Assembly (NCBI GenBank): GCA_024689005.1
Contig: JAILDU010000093.1
Coordinates: 649-64,648 of the forward strand
Direction of reading: 5' to 3'
DNA length: 64,000 nt
Origin: Paludibacteraceae bacterium
GTDB lineage: Bacteria > Bacteroidota > Bacteroidia > Bacteroidales > Paludibacteraceae
The translations under genes and the position numbers were made by a program. The stretch's first letter is position 1. Each line of letters begins with the position of its first letter. The notes under the pieces were generated by a model. It was not told the origin of the DNA and searched no databases. It worked only from the letters and a program-made list of their open reading frames with translations. Below, in pieces: positions 20,237-30,258 of this stretch.

Positions 20237-20545
20237 ATGTGTAACGAAGATCTGGTGCAATATATAACTGAGCAGGCAGCAAAAGCAGGTGAGATAGCGG
20301 CCAAGAAGATGTTTGGCGACTATGCGCTCTATTGCGACGGCAAAGTGGTCGGGCTGATTTGTGACGATTATTTGTATCTGAAGCCTCTCAAGCCATTGGA
20401 GTCTGTATTGCACGAATGCGACCGCCAAATGCGTCCACCATATGATGGCGCAAAACCGCATTTCGTAATAACAGACGTAGATGACGCGGATTATGTGTCA
20501 CAGTTGGTAAAAATCACAGCGGACCATTTGCCCAAGAAACGCTAA
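20237..20545 (+). CDS. TfoX/Sxy N-terminal-domain protein
   Basis: KKMFGDYALYCDGKVVGLICDDYLYLKP, 102 aa. Confidence 0.62.
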   Translation: MCNEDLVQYITEQAAKAGEIAAKKMFGDYALYCDGKVVGLICDDYLYLKPLKPLESVLHECDRQMRPPYDGAKPHFVITDVDDADYVSQLVKITADHLPKKR

Positions 20546-20558
20546 CAGAAAAAATGAT

Positions 20559-21038
20559 ATGGCTCAGAAGGTACAGAAAACAAATGTGTGCAGATTGCTG
20601 GATGCGGCAAATATTACGTACGAACTGATAGAATATGCTGTAGATGAGTCGGATTTGAGTGCGACGCACGTAGCGGAACAACTGGGAGAAGATACAGATG
20701 CTGTATTTAAGACCATCGTGCTGGAAGGCGATAAGATAAAGCATTTTGTGTGCGTAGTGCCGGGAGCGTGCGAAGTGGATCTAAAGAAAGCAGCGCGCGT
20801 AAGCGGTAATAAGTCGTGCAAGCCGATAGCACAAAAAGAATTGTTGCCGTTGACAGGTTATATACGTGGCGGTTGTTGCCCGATAGGCATGAAGAAATTA
20901 TTTCCGTCATATATAGACGAGACCTGTCTGCTGCATGAGAAAATCTATGTGTCAGCCGGACAACGCGGTATGCAAATCCGGATTCGTCCTCAGGATTTGG
21001 TCGGATATGTTCCGTTGGAGATAAGCGATTTGATATAA
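20559..21038 (+). CDS. ybaK: Cys-tRNA(Pro)/Cys-tRNA(Cys) deacylase
   Basis: YbaK/EbsC pattern: VFKTIVLEGDK..., LLPLTGYIRGGCCPIGMKK, IYVSAGQRGMQI. Confidence 0.85.
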   Translation: MAQKVQKTNVCRLLDAANITYELIEYAVDESDLSATHVAEQLGEDTDAVFKTIVLEGDKIKHFVCVVPGACEVDLKKAARVSGNKSCKPIAQKELLPLTGYIRGGCCPIGMKKLFPSYIDETCLLHEKIYVSAGQRGMQIRIRPQDLVGYVPLEISDLI

Positions 21039-21172
21039 GGCACTTCTAAAAAATCCATGTTTAAGGAGTTTCCCATAGTTAATAATATTTGAACTTTAAC
21101 ATGCTTTCGCGTTTACTCTTTGTCTTGCTATAAAAGAACCCTTAAAAAGAGTGTGGAGAATCTGCTTAACAT

Positions 21173-21282
21173 CAGCGTAAGGTCAGCGTAAGGTCTGCTG
21201 ATTATCTCGAGTATTGTCTAGGATTGTCTCGATATTAACTCGAAGTCAACTCGAAGTCAACTCGAAAGCATCTCGAAAAGTT
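21173..21282. repeat. Tandem array of ten 11-bp units in perfect register (mixed unit sequences)
   Basis: Units are cagcgtaaggt, cagcgtaaggt, ctgctgattat, ctcgagtattg, tctaggattgt, ctcgatattaa, ctcgaagtcaa, ctcgaagtcaa, ctcgaaagcat, ctcgaaaagtt. The array contains the dispersed 26-mer ctcgagtattgtctaggattgtctcg (21206-21231). Confidence 0.93.
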
Positions 21283-21346
21283 TTCGGTTATAAATAGAAA
21301 GTGCTCTGCGCAAATTATTGTTAGCAGAGTGATAAATCGTGTAATG

Positions 21347-21378
21347 CTTGCGTAATTGAAAAAAAAATAGTATCTTTG
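21347..21378 (+). promoter_or_regulatory. Bacteroidota -33/-7 promoter upstream of the HXXEE membrane protein gene
   Basis: CTTG (21347-21350), a 20-nt spacer containing an A9 tract, then TATCTTTG (21371-21378) followed by CGCGG. Confidence 0.72.
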
Positions 21379-21404
21379 CGCGGTTTTTGTGCGCAGAAAA
21401 GTAA

Positions 21405-21995
21405 ATGAACCGAATCGGGAAATATTTGGTGAGAAATTCAGCATGGTTGTTGCTATCCTATAGTATAGGTTGGCTGGTGTGGTTGAGCATGAATTGGGAG
21501 AGTATCAGTTCGGTACAACGATTGCTGGCGGGCATGTTTGTGCTGCTGGCTGCGCATGAGATAGAAGAGACATACCAGGACCGTTTTGTTGCGATGATGG
21601 GAAGAGTGGTCGGTTTTGACCCGGAGAAATTGCCTATGCAGGGCATTATTCATTTGCCGGCCGATATCGGAATAGGAGTGCTGATGACGTTGAGTATAGT
21701 GTATTCGGACCGGATATGGCTGGTGTTGCCGGTATTTATGCTCGGTATAGTGGAGATGATAGTTCACAACACGTGCATAGCGGCTTTTCGTCTAAAGAGT
21801 CTGTCGTCCGGTTGGTACTCGGCCATGCTACAAGGGATATACAGTATATATGCGTTGGTTCTCATCTGCCGTTTTGTCGCAATAGATAGAAACGATTGGC
21901 TGTTGGGTGCATTATTGCTTGCTTGTTGTTTCGGGATGCTGGAAGTGTGGATATTGTGGGTGACAGGAAAACTGACAAAATGGCAGAAGAAGTAG
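21405..21995 (+). CDS. HXXEE-domain integral membrane protein
   Basis: Multi-TM protein with an AAHEIEETYQ motif. Confidence 0.55.
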   Translation: MNRIGKYLVRNSAWLLLSYSIGWLVWLSMNWESISSVQRLLAGMFVLLAAHEIEETYQDRFVAMMGRVVGFDPEKLPMQGIIHLPADIGIGVLMTLSIVYSDRIWLVLPVFMLGIVEMIVHNTCIAAFRLKSLSSGWYSAMLQGIYSIYALVLICRFVAIDRNDWLLGALLLACCFGMLEVWILWVTGKLTKWQKK

Positions 21996-22037
21996 TGTTG
22001 GCACACTATTTGAGCAAGGGAAGTGGGGAATAGTGTA

Positions 22038-22081
22038 AAACCCCGATGAAACCCCGATAAAATATCGAAAAAAGAGAAAGG
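22038..22081. repeat. Short 11-bp-register array (AAACCCCGATR family) upstream of grpE
   Basis: Units are aaaccccgatg, aaaccccgata, aaatatcgaaa, aaagagaaagg. The reverse complement of the ATCGGGGTTT units appears at 42612-42655. Confidence 0.75.
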
Positions 22082-22093
22082 ATAAACATAGAT

Positions 22094-22660
22094 ATGAAGA
22101 AAGATAAGAAAATAGAAGAACAAGAGTTGACGAATGAAGAAGTTAATGAAACAACCCAAGAGAATGTTGAAGAATTAACTAACGAAGGCGTTAACGAACA
22201 AGAAGAACAAGGTCCGAGTGTGGAAGAACTGCAATCCCGCATAGCAGACTTGGAGGACAAGAACCTGCGAATGATGGCAGAGTTTGACAATTTCCGTCGT
22301 CGTACGAATAAGGAGAAATTAGAATTGATGGAGACAGCCGGCGAGCGCATTTTCAAGGAGATGCTGCCACTGGTTGATGATTTTGAGCGTGCGACATCGG
22401 CGATGGAAAAGACGGAAGATATAAATGCCGTGCGCGAGGGAATCAAACTGATTCAGCAGAAGTTTATCTCCTTCTTGGACAAGAATGATGTTCATACCAT
22501 TGAGACTGAAGGCGCAGACTTTAATACGGATGAGCATGAGGCAGTAACAACTTTTGCCGCCGGCGAGGACAAGAAAGGCAAGGTGATAGATTGTACTCAG
22601 AAAGGGTATAAATTGGGCGAGAAGGTGATTCGATTTGCGAAAGTGGTTGTGGGAGAATAA
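22094..22660 (+). CDS. grpE: Nucleotide exchange factor GrpE
   Basis: Acidic N-terminus followed by RMMAEFDNFRRRTNKEK...LPLVDDFERA. Confidence 0.95.
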   Translation: MKKDKKIEEQELTNEEVNETTQENVEELTNEGVNEQEEQGPSVEELQSRIADLEDKNLRMMAEFDNFRRRTNKEKLELMETAGERIFKEMLPLVDDFERATSAMEKTEDINAVREGIKLIQQKFISFLDKNDVHTIETEGADFNTDEHEAVTTFAAGEDKKGKVIDCTQKGYKLGEKVIRFAKVVVGE

Positions 22661-22695
22661 AAAGAAAAGTTTTTTTTTAATATAATAATGTCTAT

Positions 22696-23859
22696 ATGGC
22701 AGAGAAACGTGATTATTATGAAGTGCTTGGCGTTGATAAAAACGCCAGTGCGGAAGAGATAAAGAAAGCTTACCGCAAGAAAGCGATACAATACCACCCT
22801 GATAAGAACCCCGGTGACAAAGAAGCTGAGGAGAAATTCAAGGAGGCCGCTGAGGCATATGAAGTGCTGAGCGATCCGCAGAAACGTCAGCGTTATGACC
22901 AGTTTGGTCATGCGGGAATGGGCGGTGCCGGTGGCTTCAGTGGCGGAGGTATGTCGATGGAAGATATATTCTCACATTTCGGCGATATATTCCAAGGAGC
23001 AGGTTTCGACCTGGGTGATATAGGCGAGATGTTCATGGGCGGCGGTGGTCGTAGCCGCGGTCCGCGTGTTCGTCGCGGAAGTGACATGCGTGTGAAAGTG
23101 CGTTTGACCTTGGAAGAGATAGCTAAAGGATGCGAGAAGAAGATCAAGGTTCGCAAACTGGTTCAATGTAAGGATTGTAACGGAACCGGTAGTGCTGACG
23201 GAACGTCTGAGACCTGTCCTACGTGTAAGGGCTCGGGTAGGGTGATACGCCAGCAGCGCGGAATCTTCGGTATGATGCAAGTGCAGAGCGAGTGCGACAC
23301 TTGTCACGGCGAAGGTCGTATAATCAAGAATAAGTGCCCGAAATGTAATGGTGAGGGCGTATTGCGCGACGAAGAAATCATCACAATCAATATCCCAGCC
23401 GGAGTGATGGGCGGCATGCAGCTGACCATCCCGGGCAAGGGAAATGCGGCTCCACGTGGTGGTGTGAACGGCGATTTGCTGGTACTGATAGAGGAAGAAG
23501 AGCACAAGGATTTTGTACGTCAGGAAAGTGATTTGGTATATAACCTGCTGCTGGATGTGCCGACAGCCATACTGGGTGGTCAGGTGCAAATACCGACTCT
23601 GTCCGGCGATGTGAAGATAACCATTACTCCGGGAACTCAACCAGGTAAGGTGTTGAGAATGAGAGGAAAAGGTCTGCCTCGCATAGATCAATACGGCCGC
23701 AATTATGGTGTGGGTGACCTGCTGATAAATGTGGGCGTATATATACCGGAACACCTGAATAAGGATGAAAAGAAACTGGTTGAGCAATTGCAAGACAGTC
23801 CGAATATAGCACCCGGAGCGAGTGACAAGAAGAATTTCTTCTCAAACTTGTTCGGATAA
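22696..23859 (+). CDS. dnaJ: Molecular chaperone DnaJ
   Basis: J domain (DYYEVLGV...YHPDKNPGD), a G/F region and four CxxCxGxG zinc-finger motifs. Confidence 0.97.
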   Translation: MAEKRDYYEVLGVDKNASAEEIKKAYRKKAIQYHPDKNPGDKEAEEKFKEAAEAYEVLSDPQKRQRYDQFGHAGMGGAGGFSGGGMSMEDIFSHFGDIFQGAGFDLGDIGEMFMGGGGRSRGPRVRRGSDMRVKVRLTLEEIAKGCEKKIKVRKLVQCKDCNGTGSADGTSETCPTCKGSGRVIRQQRGIFGMMQVQSECDTCHGEGRIIKNKCPKCNGEGVLRDEEIITINIPAGVMGGMQLTIPGKGNAAPRGGVNGDLLVLIEEEEHKDFVRQESDLVYNLLLDVPTAILGGQVQIPTLSGDVKITITPGTQPGKVLRMRGKGLPRIDQYGRNYGVGDLLINVGVYIPEHLNKDEKKLVEQLQDSPNIAPGASDKKNFFSNLFG

Positions 23860-23895
23860 AGGTTCTATAGAACTAAGGAACTAAAGAGCGAGGGA

Positions 23896-24759
23896 GTGAA
23901 AAGGAATATTTTATTAGTAGGGCTAATATTTTGTCTCTGTGCGGCAGGCCGTGCAGAGACTCCTGTTGTTCATCCGGATCTGCATCAACCGACCGGCATA
24001 GCGCCGGCTTATTTTGGCCCTAATGCTTTTCCAGTGCCCGACATGACAGATGGTACGACATATAGCCAACTACGTATGGAACTGGCAGCAGAAGGCTATT
24101 TGGGGTATAATGACAATCGAACGATAGATATTTTTGCGCGCGTTCATGTGCCTTTGTTTACTCGTTGGGCAAATCTGAGTATATGGATGCCGGTGTTCGG
24201 TTGGTATTCGCAATATGACGGCAAAGGAAAAGGAGCAGGTGACGCGTATATATCAACGGATATACAAATTTTGCATAACGATTGGTTTGCTGCGGAAAAG
24301 GCTCGTTGGATACCTCAGATGACGCTTCGTTTGGGAATGAAGACCGCGAGCGGTGAGCAGTTTGAACGCCGCAGACACTATGATTGTCCGGGCTATTTCT
24401 TTGACGCCTCGATAGGAGAAAACTTGTGTCTATCGCCGGTGACAGTTCGCTTGTCTGCCTCGGCAGGTTTTCTGTGTTGGCAGACCGATAACGGGCGTCA
24501 GAATGACGCTGTGATGTATGGTGTGCAATTAGCAGTAAAGCACGAATATGTCTCGCTGCAAGCCACCTGGGGAGGTTATATAGGTTGGGAAGAACACGGT
24601 GATGCGCCGATGACAATCAAAGCGCGTGTAGCGGGTCATGTGAAAGGATTTGAGCCCTATGTGCAATACCAATACGGCATAAAAGATTATCCTTATCACC
24701 AGGTAAGAGTCGGCATGGCATATTCGTTAGATATACTAAACAAACGTTCGCAAGAATGA
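23896..24759 (+). CDS. Hypothetical secreted or outer-membrane protein (GTG start)
   Basis: Signal peptide (LIFCLCAAGRA). ATGA overlap with the next gene. No recognisable family. Confidence 0.45.
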   Translation: MKRNILLVGLIFCLCAAGRAETPVVHPDLHQPTGIAPAYFGPNAFPVPDMTDGTTYSQLRMELAAEGYLGYNDNRTIDIFARVHVPLFTRWANLSIWMPVFGWYSQYDGKGKGAGDAYISTDIQILHNDWFAAEKARWIPQMTLRLGMKTASGEQFERRRHYDCPGYFFDASIGENLCLSPVTVRLSASAGFLCWQTDNGRQNDAVMYGVQLAVKHEYVSLQATWGGYIGWEEHGDAPMTIKARVAGHVKGFEPYVQYQYGIKDYPYHQVRVGMAYSLDILNKRSQE

Positions 24760-27164
24760 GTAAACGTACAATCATATTTGCATTGCTCCTTTGGATAAGC
24801 GGAATAAGCGTCCGTGCATCGGAAGTTCCGTACACATCGATGGAAGGAATAGACAGTGTATCCGCCTCGTATTTTCGCACATGGTATCATCGTGCGGATT
24901 TGTTGTATTATCTGGAGGCGTGGAATGACCATTCCATAGTAGAAGTGCCGGTAGTAGGGCAGTGGTGGCAGGCCGATCGCTTGACGTTTGCTATAGACGG
25001 AATGTCGTGTTACTCGAATCGGTATTACATTGACGGTATGCGAGCAGATGATCGGTTTCAGCCTGGAAATACGGTTTATGTGCCGAATATGCAACGTTAT
25101 GATTTGTTGGTAGATTGTCATAATGCTTCGCTATATTTTTCGAGAGATATGACGAGTGGCAATTATGCGCAAGTGAGTTATAATTTTGGTCAAGTGGGCA
25201 ACGGACAGCCGGCATTGGGCACAAAAGAAATAATTAATATATCCCACCGATCGGCAATGGAGAGTGCGGATGTATTTAAGCACATAACCGACCGTCGGCA
25301 TTTGGCCGGTGCAGGTACGATAGATGCGGCATATTCGTTTAAAGGAACTAATGGGGAAAAATACAGGCAACATTTGTATGCAGCATTTGGTCAGCGCGTG
25401 TTGACCAAAGAGGATCATTGCGGTCTCATGTTAGACGATCCGATATATAAGTCGAATTACTATAAAGTGCAGGCTGATGGTAGATTGCCTATGGCGGCTA
25501 ATCGTGTTTTCTCGGAGTTGAATTACAGAATGAATTTTTCGGGAAAAGAAGATGGTGGAAGCGAATATCTGTATAATTGGAATGAGGTGTATGATCTCAA
25601 GAATTACACGGGTACAATATATGCAAAGCGCCAATATTTGACAACCGGTTTGACATGGGCGACAAATGTTGTGAAGCATAGCGATCAAGAATTCAGAAAG
25701 AATATATTGGATCAAGACGGAGAGAGTTTTGCTCCTTGGATAGCCGATGGCAAAACGCATGAGTTGAGTTGGGCGGTTAATTATGAGCAGCCTGTGCTTG
25801 ATTGGTTGTCGGTACATGTGGATGCTTATAACTCGTTTTTATCATTCCGCCCGACCCAAACTACATATGCGAATGTTGTGTACATGCAGTCTCCTATAGC
25901 CGCAATGCCGACAGATTTGTATCGCTATGAGTGGAGTAGTCACGCATTTGCAGGTGGATTGTTGGAGAATACTATTGGATTGAAAGCCCATTATTCGCTG
26001 TGCAAGCAGTTAGATATCAACGGATTTGTCGATTTTACGTTAGATGGAATGCTGTTACGTGGCAAAAGCAAGGTGAGTCCGAACTGGCAAGCGGGAGTAA
26101 ATCTGGACCTGCATCCTTGCAGATGGTTTAAGATGGGATTGACAGTATCGCACGAACGTGTGCCATATACAGCAGATTATCTGCGTTATTTCTCAGATGA
26201 CTACATGAATGCAAACATCTATTATGTCGGGACGAATAATCTGTTTGCAACAACAGGAGGTAAGTATCACTCGTACAGCAAGAGATTGCATCAGACTTCA
26301 TTTATGGAAGTGAATATACCGATACATTTCCAATTCGGACGTCATGAGATAGTGCTGCAGAATAGTTATAAGAAGTTCTTCAATGTATGGCATACCTATT
26401 ATGCTGGCGGAGCAGATGTAAATGGCTATTACAAGCAGGAAGGCGACGTTAATGTGTTTTATCTGAACGGAGGAGAGAAGTTTTATGAAGTTGGATATAC
26501 AGAGCCGTTTGGAACGAATGGTTTGCTTAATTCACCATATTTCTTTTCCCAACTGACGCGCTATACATATACCGGACGTAAGGTGACAGTTGGAATTAGT
26601 TGGCAATCGATGCAGGCAGCAGGGTACACAGGAATAGGAAACGGGCCTAACAGCAATACGATAGGTGTACTTTCGGAGACAACGGCTAATCCAAACACTA
26701 CGAATGTAGTGACCAATCCCGGTGCAAAGTATCCGGGAGTCAGCCGTATGGATTTGGATAAGGGATATGTGTGTCGGTTCTATTTGGGGTATAATATTTG
26801 CAAATGGGTTCAGGCCGGTTTGACTGTGAAATGGACAGATGGCAAGCCATTTACATCGTATAACTATTATACAGATGGTCAGCAGATAGCTATATTGCCA
26901 ACCAGTTCACGCGGAACAAATCCAACAGACGGGAATTTCGGAACACGTCATGGCGCGTGGTATAATGTAGATTTGCATGTGCAAGGAAAATGGGCTGTAC
27001 GCGACGTGGAAATGTGCTTGTCGTTGGAATGCTATAACATGTGGGATTTCTGCAATGATTTAGCAGAATTGGCTTTTGATCAGGACATTCCTTACGCCAC
27101 TCGTGCGTCAATGACGATGTCAGTCCCAACAGGAATATTGGTTAATTATACTATTGATTTCTAA
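24756..27164 (+). CDS. Large outer-membrane beta-barrel protein (distantly TonB-dependent-receptor-like)
   Basis: Signal peptide, 802 aa, rich in aromatic/Gly alternation, and a terminal ...NYTIDF typical of OM barrels. Confidence 0.5.
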   Translation: MSKRTIIFALLLWISGISVRASEVPYTSMEGIDSVSASYFRTWYHRADLLYYLEAWNDHSIVEVPVVGQWWQADRLTFAIDGMSCYSNRYYIDGMRADDRFQPGNTVYVPNMQRYDLLVDCHNASLYFSRDMTSGNYAQVSYNFGQVGNGQPALGTKEIINISHRSAMESADVFKHITDRRHLAGAGTIDAAYSFKGTNGEKYRQHLYAAFGQRVLTKEDHCGLMLDDPIYKSNYYKVQADGRLPMAANRVFSELNYRMNFSGKEDGGSEYLYNWNEVYDLKNYTGTIYAKRQYLTTGLTWATNVVKHSDQEFRKNILDQDGESFAPWIADGKTHELSWAVNYEQPVLDWLSVHVDAYNSFLSFRPTQTTYANVVYMQSPIAAMPTDLYRYEWSSHAFAGGLLENTIGLKAHYSLCKQLDINGFVDFTLDGMLLRGKSKVSPNWQAGVNLDLHPCRWFKMGLTVSHERVPYTADYLRYFSDDYMNANIYYVGTNNLFATTGGKYHSYSKRLHQTSFMEVNIPIHFQFGRHEIVLQNSYKKFFNVWHTYYAGGADVNGYYKQEGDVNVFYLNGGEKFYEVGYTEPFGTNGLLNSPYFFSQLTRYTYTGRKVTVGISWQSMQAAGYTGIGNGPNSNTIGVLSETTANPNTTNVVTNPGAKYPGVSRMDLDKGYVCRFYLGYNICKWVQAGLTVKWTDGKPFTSYNYYTDGQQIAILPTSSRGTNPTDGNFGTRHGAWYNVDLHVQGKWAVRDVEMCLSLECYNMWDFCNDLAELAFDQDIPYATRASMTMSVPTGILVNYTIDF

Positions 27165-28980
27165 TCAGATGCGACAACGAATAGCATATTTTATAAAGAT
27201 CTATATTTTCTGGATACTCTTTTTTGTGATACAGAAGCCATTATTTATGGCATGGCAATACAACATATTGGGTAATGTCAGGCCAATAGATTGGTTTTTG
27301 GTGCCAATGCATGGCTTGCCCCTAGATTTGAGTGTTGCTGCATATGTAACAGTAATATATGGATTGTTGTTATGTGCAAGTATATGGATTAGGTGGGAGA
27401 TAATTAGTAGGATAGCAGATGTCTGGACTGCGATAGTGTTGATGGTCGGCATTTGGATAGTCTTAGGAGATAATGGTTGTTTTCCTTCGTGGGGTTATCA
27501 TATCGATAAGGATATCTTCACCTATTTGTCCTCTCCGCGTGAAGCAATAGCCTGTGCACCTTGTTGGCAGTGGTGTTTGGCATTTGCGTGCTTCATGCTC
27601 CTATTTTTGTCGTGTGGATGGATTTATAGTAAGTTCATCTCTATGGATATAGACAATCTATCCGGTTCGTGGTTAAAGAAGTTCGGGGCATCGTTCGCAA
27701 TGTTTGGAATGACAGCTTTGCTGTTTCTTCCTATTCGTGGGAGTGTGACAGTATCGACAATTAATACGGGTCGTGTCTATTATTCTACGAATCACATGCT
27801 GAATTTAGCGGCTGTAAATCCTCTATTCAATCTTATGGAGTCAGTAAGCGAGAATACGTTTGACGCTCAGCGATATCGCTATATGTCTGCAGAAGAAGCT
27901 GATAGACTCTATAAATCTTTGCGTGCGTCTCAAGGAGAGCCATCGGAGTATCTGTTGCGTAACAATCGTCCCAATGTGGTGTTATTCGTATTGGAAAGTT
28001 TTTCGCTGAACGCGTGGGAAGCAATGCCACAATTGCAACGGATAGCATCAGAAGGAGTATTTTTTGATAACGTGTATGCTAATAGTTATAGAACAGATCG
28101 TGGCGTTACAGCAGTATTGGGAGCGTTCCCAGGGTGCGCAACGGCATCGGTAATGCTTACTCCTTCTAAATCACAACAATTGCCGCAAGTAGGCCAAGTG
28201 ATGCAAGAAAATGAGTATCAACTAAAGTTCTACTATGGTGGAGATGAGGACTTTACCAATATGCGGTCATATCTAACCATAGGAGGGTTTGAGCAGCGAG
28301 TGAGTGATCATTCGTTTCCGCTGACATCGCGATTAAGCAAGTGGGGCGTTCCAGATCATATATTGTTTGATTATGCTTGTAAAGACATACTCAAACATAA
28401 TACTGTAGATAAGCATTTTGATGTGATATTATCCCTGTCTTCTCATGAACCATTTGAGGTGGCATATAGGCACTATGACGATCCATACCTGAACGCGATA
28501 GCATATACAGACAGTTGTCTTGGCGCATTTGTTGACTCGTTGCAGCATAGTCCGCTATGGGATAGTACGCTGCTTGTAATCATGGCAGATCATGGTTACC
28601 CATTCCCGAAAGGAGTGAGTAACTATGAGCCTCGCCGCTATAGAATACCCCTTGTATTTGCCGGGGGTGCAATATCGCAATCTAAAGTTATTACTACGTT
28701 AGGTTCGCAGATAGATTGGGTTCCAACGCTGTTGCATCAGATGCATATAGATGCAGAATCGTTCTCTTTCGCAAAAGATATATTGGATACCACCAACCAA
28801 GAATATGCATATTATCATTTTGTAGATGGTTTTGCTCTGCTGACCGACTCAACAACTACAATATACGATGCTGCGGTAGATCGAGTATTGTCGGCTCAAC
28901 CGGTTGATTCTCAAGCATTACGTCAAGCGCAAGCAATCACACAGATAGTATATACAGTTTGCACCGGACGTGTTAAATAA
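27154..28980 (+). CDS. LTA-synthase / sulfatase-family membrane transferase (phosphoglycerol or phosphoethanolamine transferase-like)
   Basis: N-terminal multi-TM region plus an alkaline-phosphatase-superfamily domain (VVLFVLESFS, SSHEPF, IMADHG). It overlaps the upstream gene by 11 nt. Confidence 0.72.
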   Translation: MISNQMRQRIAYFIKIYIFWILFFVIQKPLFMAWQYNILGNVRPIDWFLVPMHGLPLDLSVAAYVTVIYGLLLCASIWIRWEIISRIADVWTAIVLMVGIWIVLGDNGCFPSWGYHIDKDIFTYLSSPREAIACAPCWQWCLAFACFMLLFLSCGWIYSKFISMDIDNLSGSWLKKFGASFAMFGMTALLFLPIRGSVTVSTINTGRVYYSTNHMLNLAAVNPLFNLMESVSENTFDAQRYRYMSAEEADRLYKSLRASQGEPSEYLLRNNRPNVVLFVLESFSLNAWEAMPQLQRIASEGVFFDNVYANSYRTDRGVTAVLGAFPGCATASVMLTPSKSQQLPQVGQVMQENEYQLKFYYGGDEDFTNMRSYLTIGGFEQRVSDHSFPLTSRLSKWGVPDHILFDYACKDILKHNTVDKHFDVILSLSSHEPFEVAYRHYDDPYLNAIAYTDSCLGAFVDSLQHSPLWDSTLLVIMADHGYPFPKGVSNYEPRRYRIPLVFAGGAISQSKVITTLGSQIDWVPTLLHQMHIDAESFSFAKDILDTTNQEYAYYHFVDGFALLTDSTTTIYDAAVDRVLSAQPVDSQALRQAQAITQIVYTVCTGRVK

Positions 28981-28998
28981 TAGATAAAGATGTAATAA

Positions 28999-30258
28999 AT
29001 GGAAAAGTTTAAACAAATATTTGCTTATATTCCATCCATCGGGTTATTGATGGTGTTGTGTACGTTGCCATATTTATATGGAGGCCTTCAACGTTTTGTT
29101 CTATATTTTGCTTGCATTAGTTATCTTATTGACTACGTACTAAATAAACGTTGGAAAGGTTGGCAATTAGACAAAGAGAAATGGGTATATATAGTATTTA
29201 TGTTTTTTTATCTATGTATCCCAATACGTCAGTTGTTTGATCCTTCGTGTACTTGGTTATATGAGCATAAGTTGGAATCTTATTTGCCATTTCTTGTCTT
29301 GGGGATAATGGGAATGATGGGATATAATCACACATTAAGATTGGAGCATGTAGCACTCGCCATGTCTCTCACTTGCTTGTTCTTCGGTTGTCAGTTGGCT
29401 TATCTCATGTCAGACGTGGTGTGTGACAATTTTCAGTCATGGCGCTCCCAACTGAACGAGATGCGTATATCGCATATTAATTCTCATATGGCAGTTAATG
29501 TTTACTGCAATCTAACGCTTGTGTTTGCTGCATGGACGATATTACAATCCTCTTGTCGCGTTTGGCTTAAATGGGTAATCGGACTCCTCTCAATCGGCAT
29601 TGTTGTCGGAATATTGTTGTCAGAAGGAAGAACGGGGCAAATAACTTTGGCAGTTCTCCTTATGATATTTGTTATTGTGTGGCTATGGAAACAATCGGAA
29701 AGTAAGTGGATCGTTCCAGCGTTGATTGCGCTGATGATAGGTGGAGGCTCGTATTGGTACTATTCTCCGCGTTTTCATGGTCCTTCTGCCTATGATAACC
29801 CTCGCCTCTATTTGTGGAAAATAGGTGTGCAAATAGCAAAAGAGAAACCATTAGCAGGGTGGGGCGTAAGTTCAGCACGTGCAGAATATGTAAAACGTGG
29901 ATTGGCAGATAAGGATTTTCAGATACACTACTTGCATGAATACGAGCACGCTTCTATGGAGCGATACGGTGTGGTCAGCTACGAAATTATTCACCCGCAT
30001 AATGTGTGCTTGGAAACTATGATGGAGTTTGGCATAATAGGCGTACTGATACTCTTTTTGTGCATGCTTTTGCCGATATGCTTGTCGCCTATAGGGAAAC
30101 TCCGTTGGTATTTGGCAGCTTGCATTTTTGTGTTTTTTATGCAAGCAATGTTCGAGAGTTTAGGCACAAGCCTATTGCCGATATGGTTGCCGTTGATGAC
30201 TTTTATATGGAGATATAATGCTGAGACAAAGAATGAAGTTGGTGTAGCAGTATCATAA
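28999..30258 (+). CDS. O-antigen ligase (WaaL / Wzy_C) family membrane protein
   Basis: Polytopic membrane protein with a central loop (LLSEGRTGQITLAVLL). Very AT-rich. It lies in a glycosylation context. Confidence 0.72.
   Translation: MEKFKQIFAYIPSIGLLMVLCTLPYLYGGLQRFVLYFACISYLIDYVLNKRWKGWQLDKEKWVYIVFMFFYLCIPIRQLFDPSCTWLYEHKLESYLPFLVLGIMGMMGYNHTLRLEHVALAMSLTCLFFGCQLAYLMSDVVCDNFQSWRSQLNEMRISHINSHMAVNVYCNLTLVFAAWTILQSSCRVWLKWVIGLLSIGIVVGILLSEGRTGQITLAVLLMIFVIVWLWKQSESKWIVPALIALMIGGGSYWYYSPRFHGPSAYDNPRLYLWKIGVQIAKEKPLAGWGVSSARAEYVKRGLADKDFQIHYLHEYEHASMERYGVVSYEIIHPHNVCLETMMEFGIIGVLILFLCMLLPICLSPIGKLRWYLAACIFVFFMQAMFESLGTSLLPIWLPLMTFIWRYNAETKNEVGVAVS

Noticed and set aside
21999-22016. Sigma-54-like element TTGGCAC-N5-TTGA upstream of grpE.
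   Set aside because: The -12 element reads TTGA rather than the conserved TTGC. It is a single occurrence, and no enhancer-binding-protein gene or upstream activator sites are visible. A chance match is plausible.
24099-24136. Promoter-like TTTG ... TATTTTTGCGCG inside the 23896-24759 ORF.
   Set aside because: The spacer between TTTG and TAnnTTTG is 26 nt rather than the 19-21 nt seen at the other promoters, and there is no A-tract. It is probably a coincidental coding sequence.
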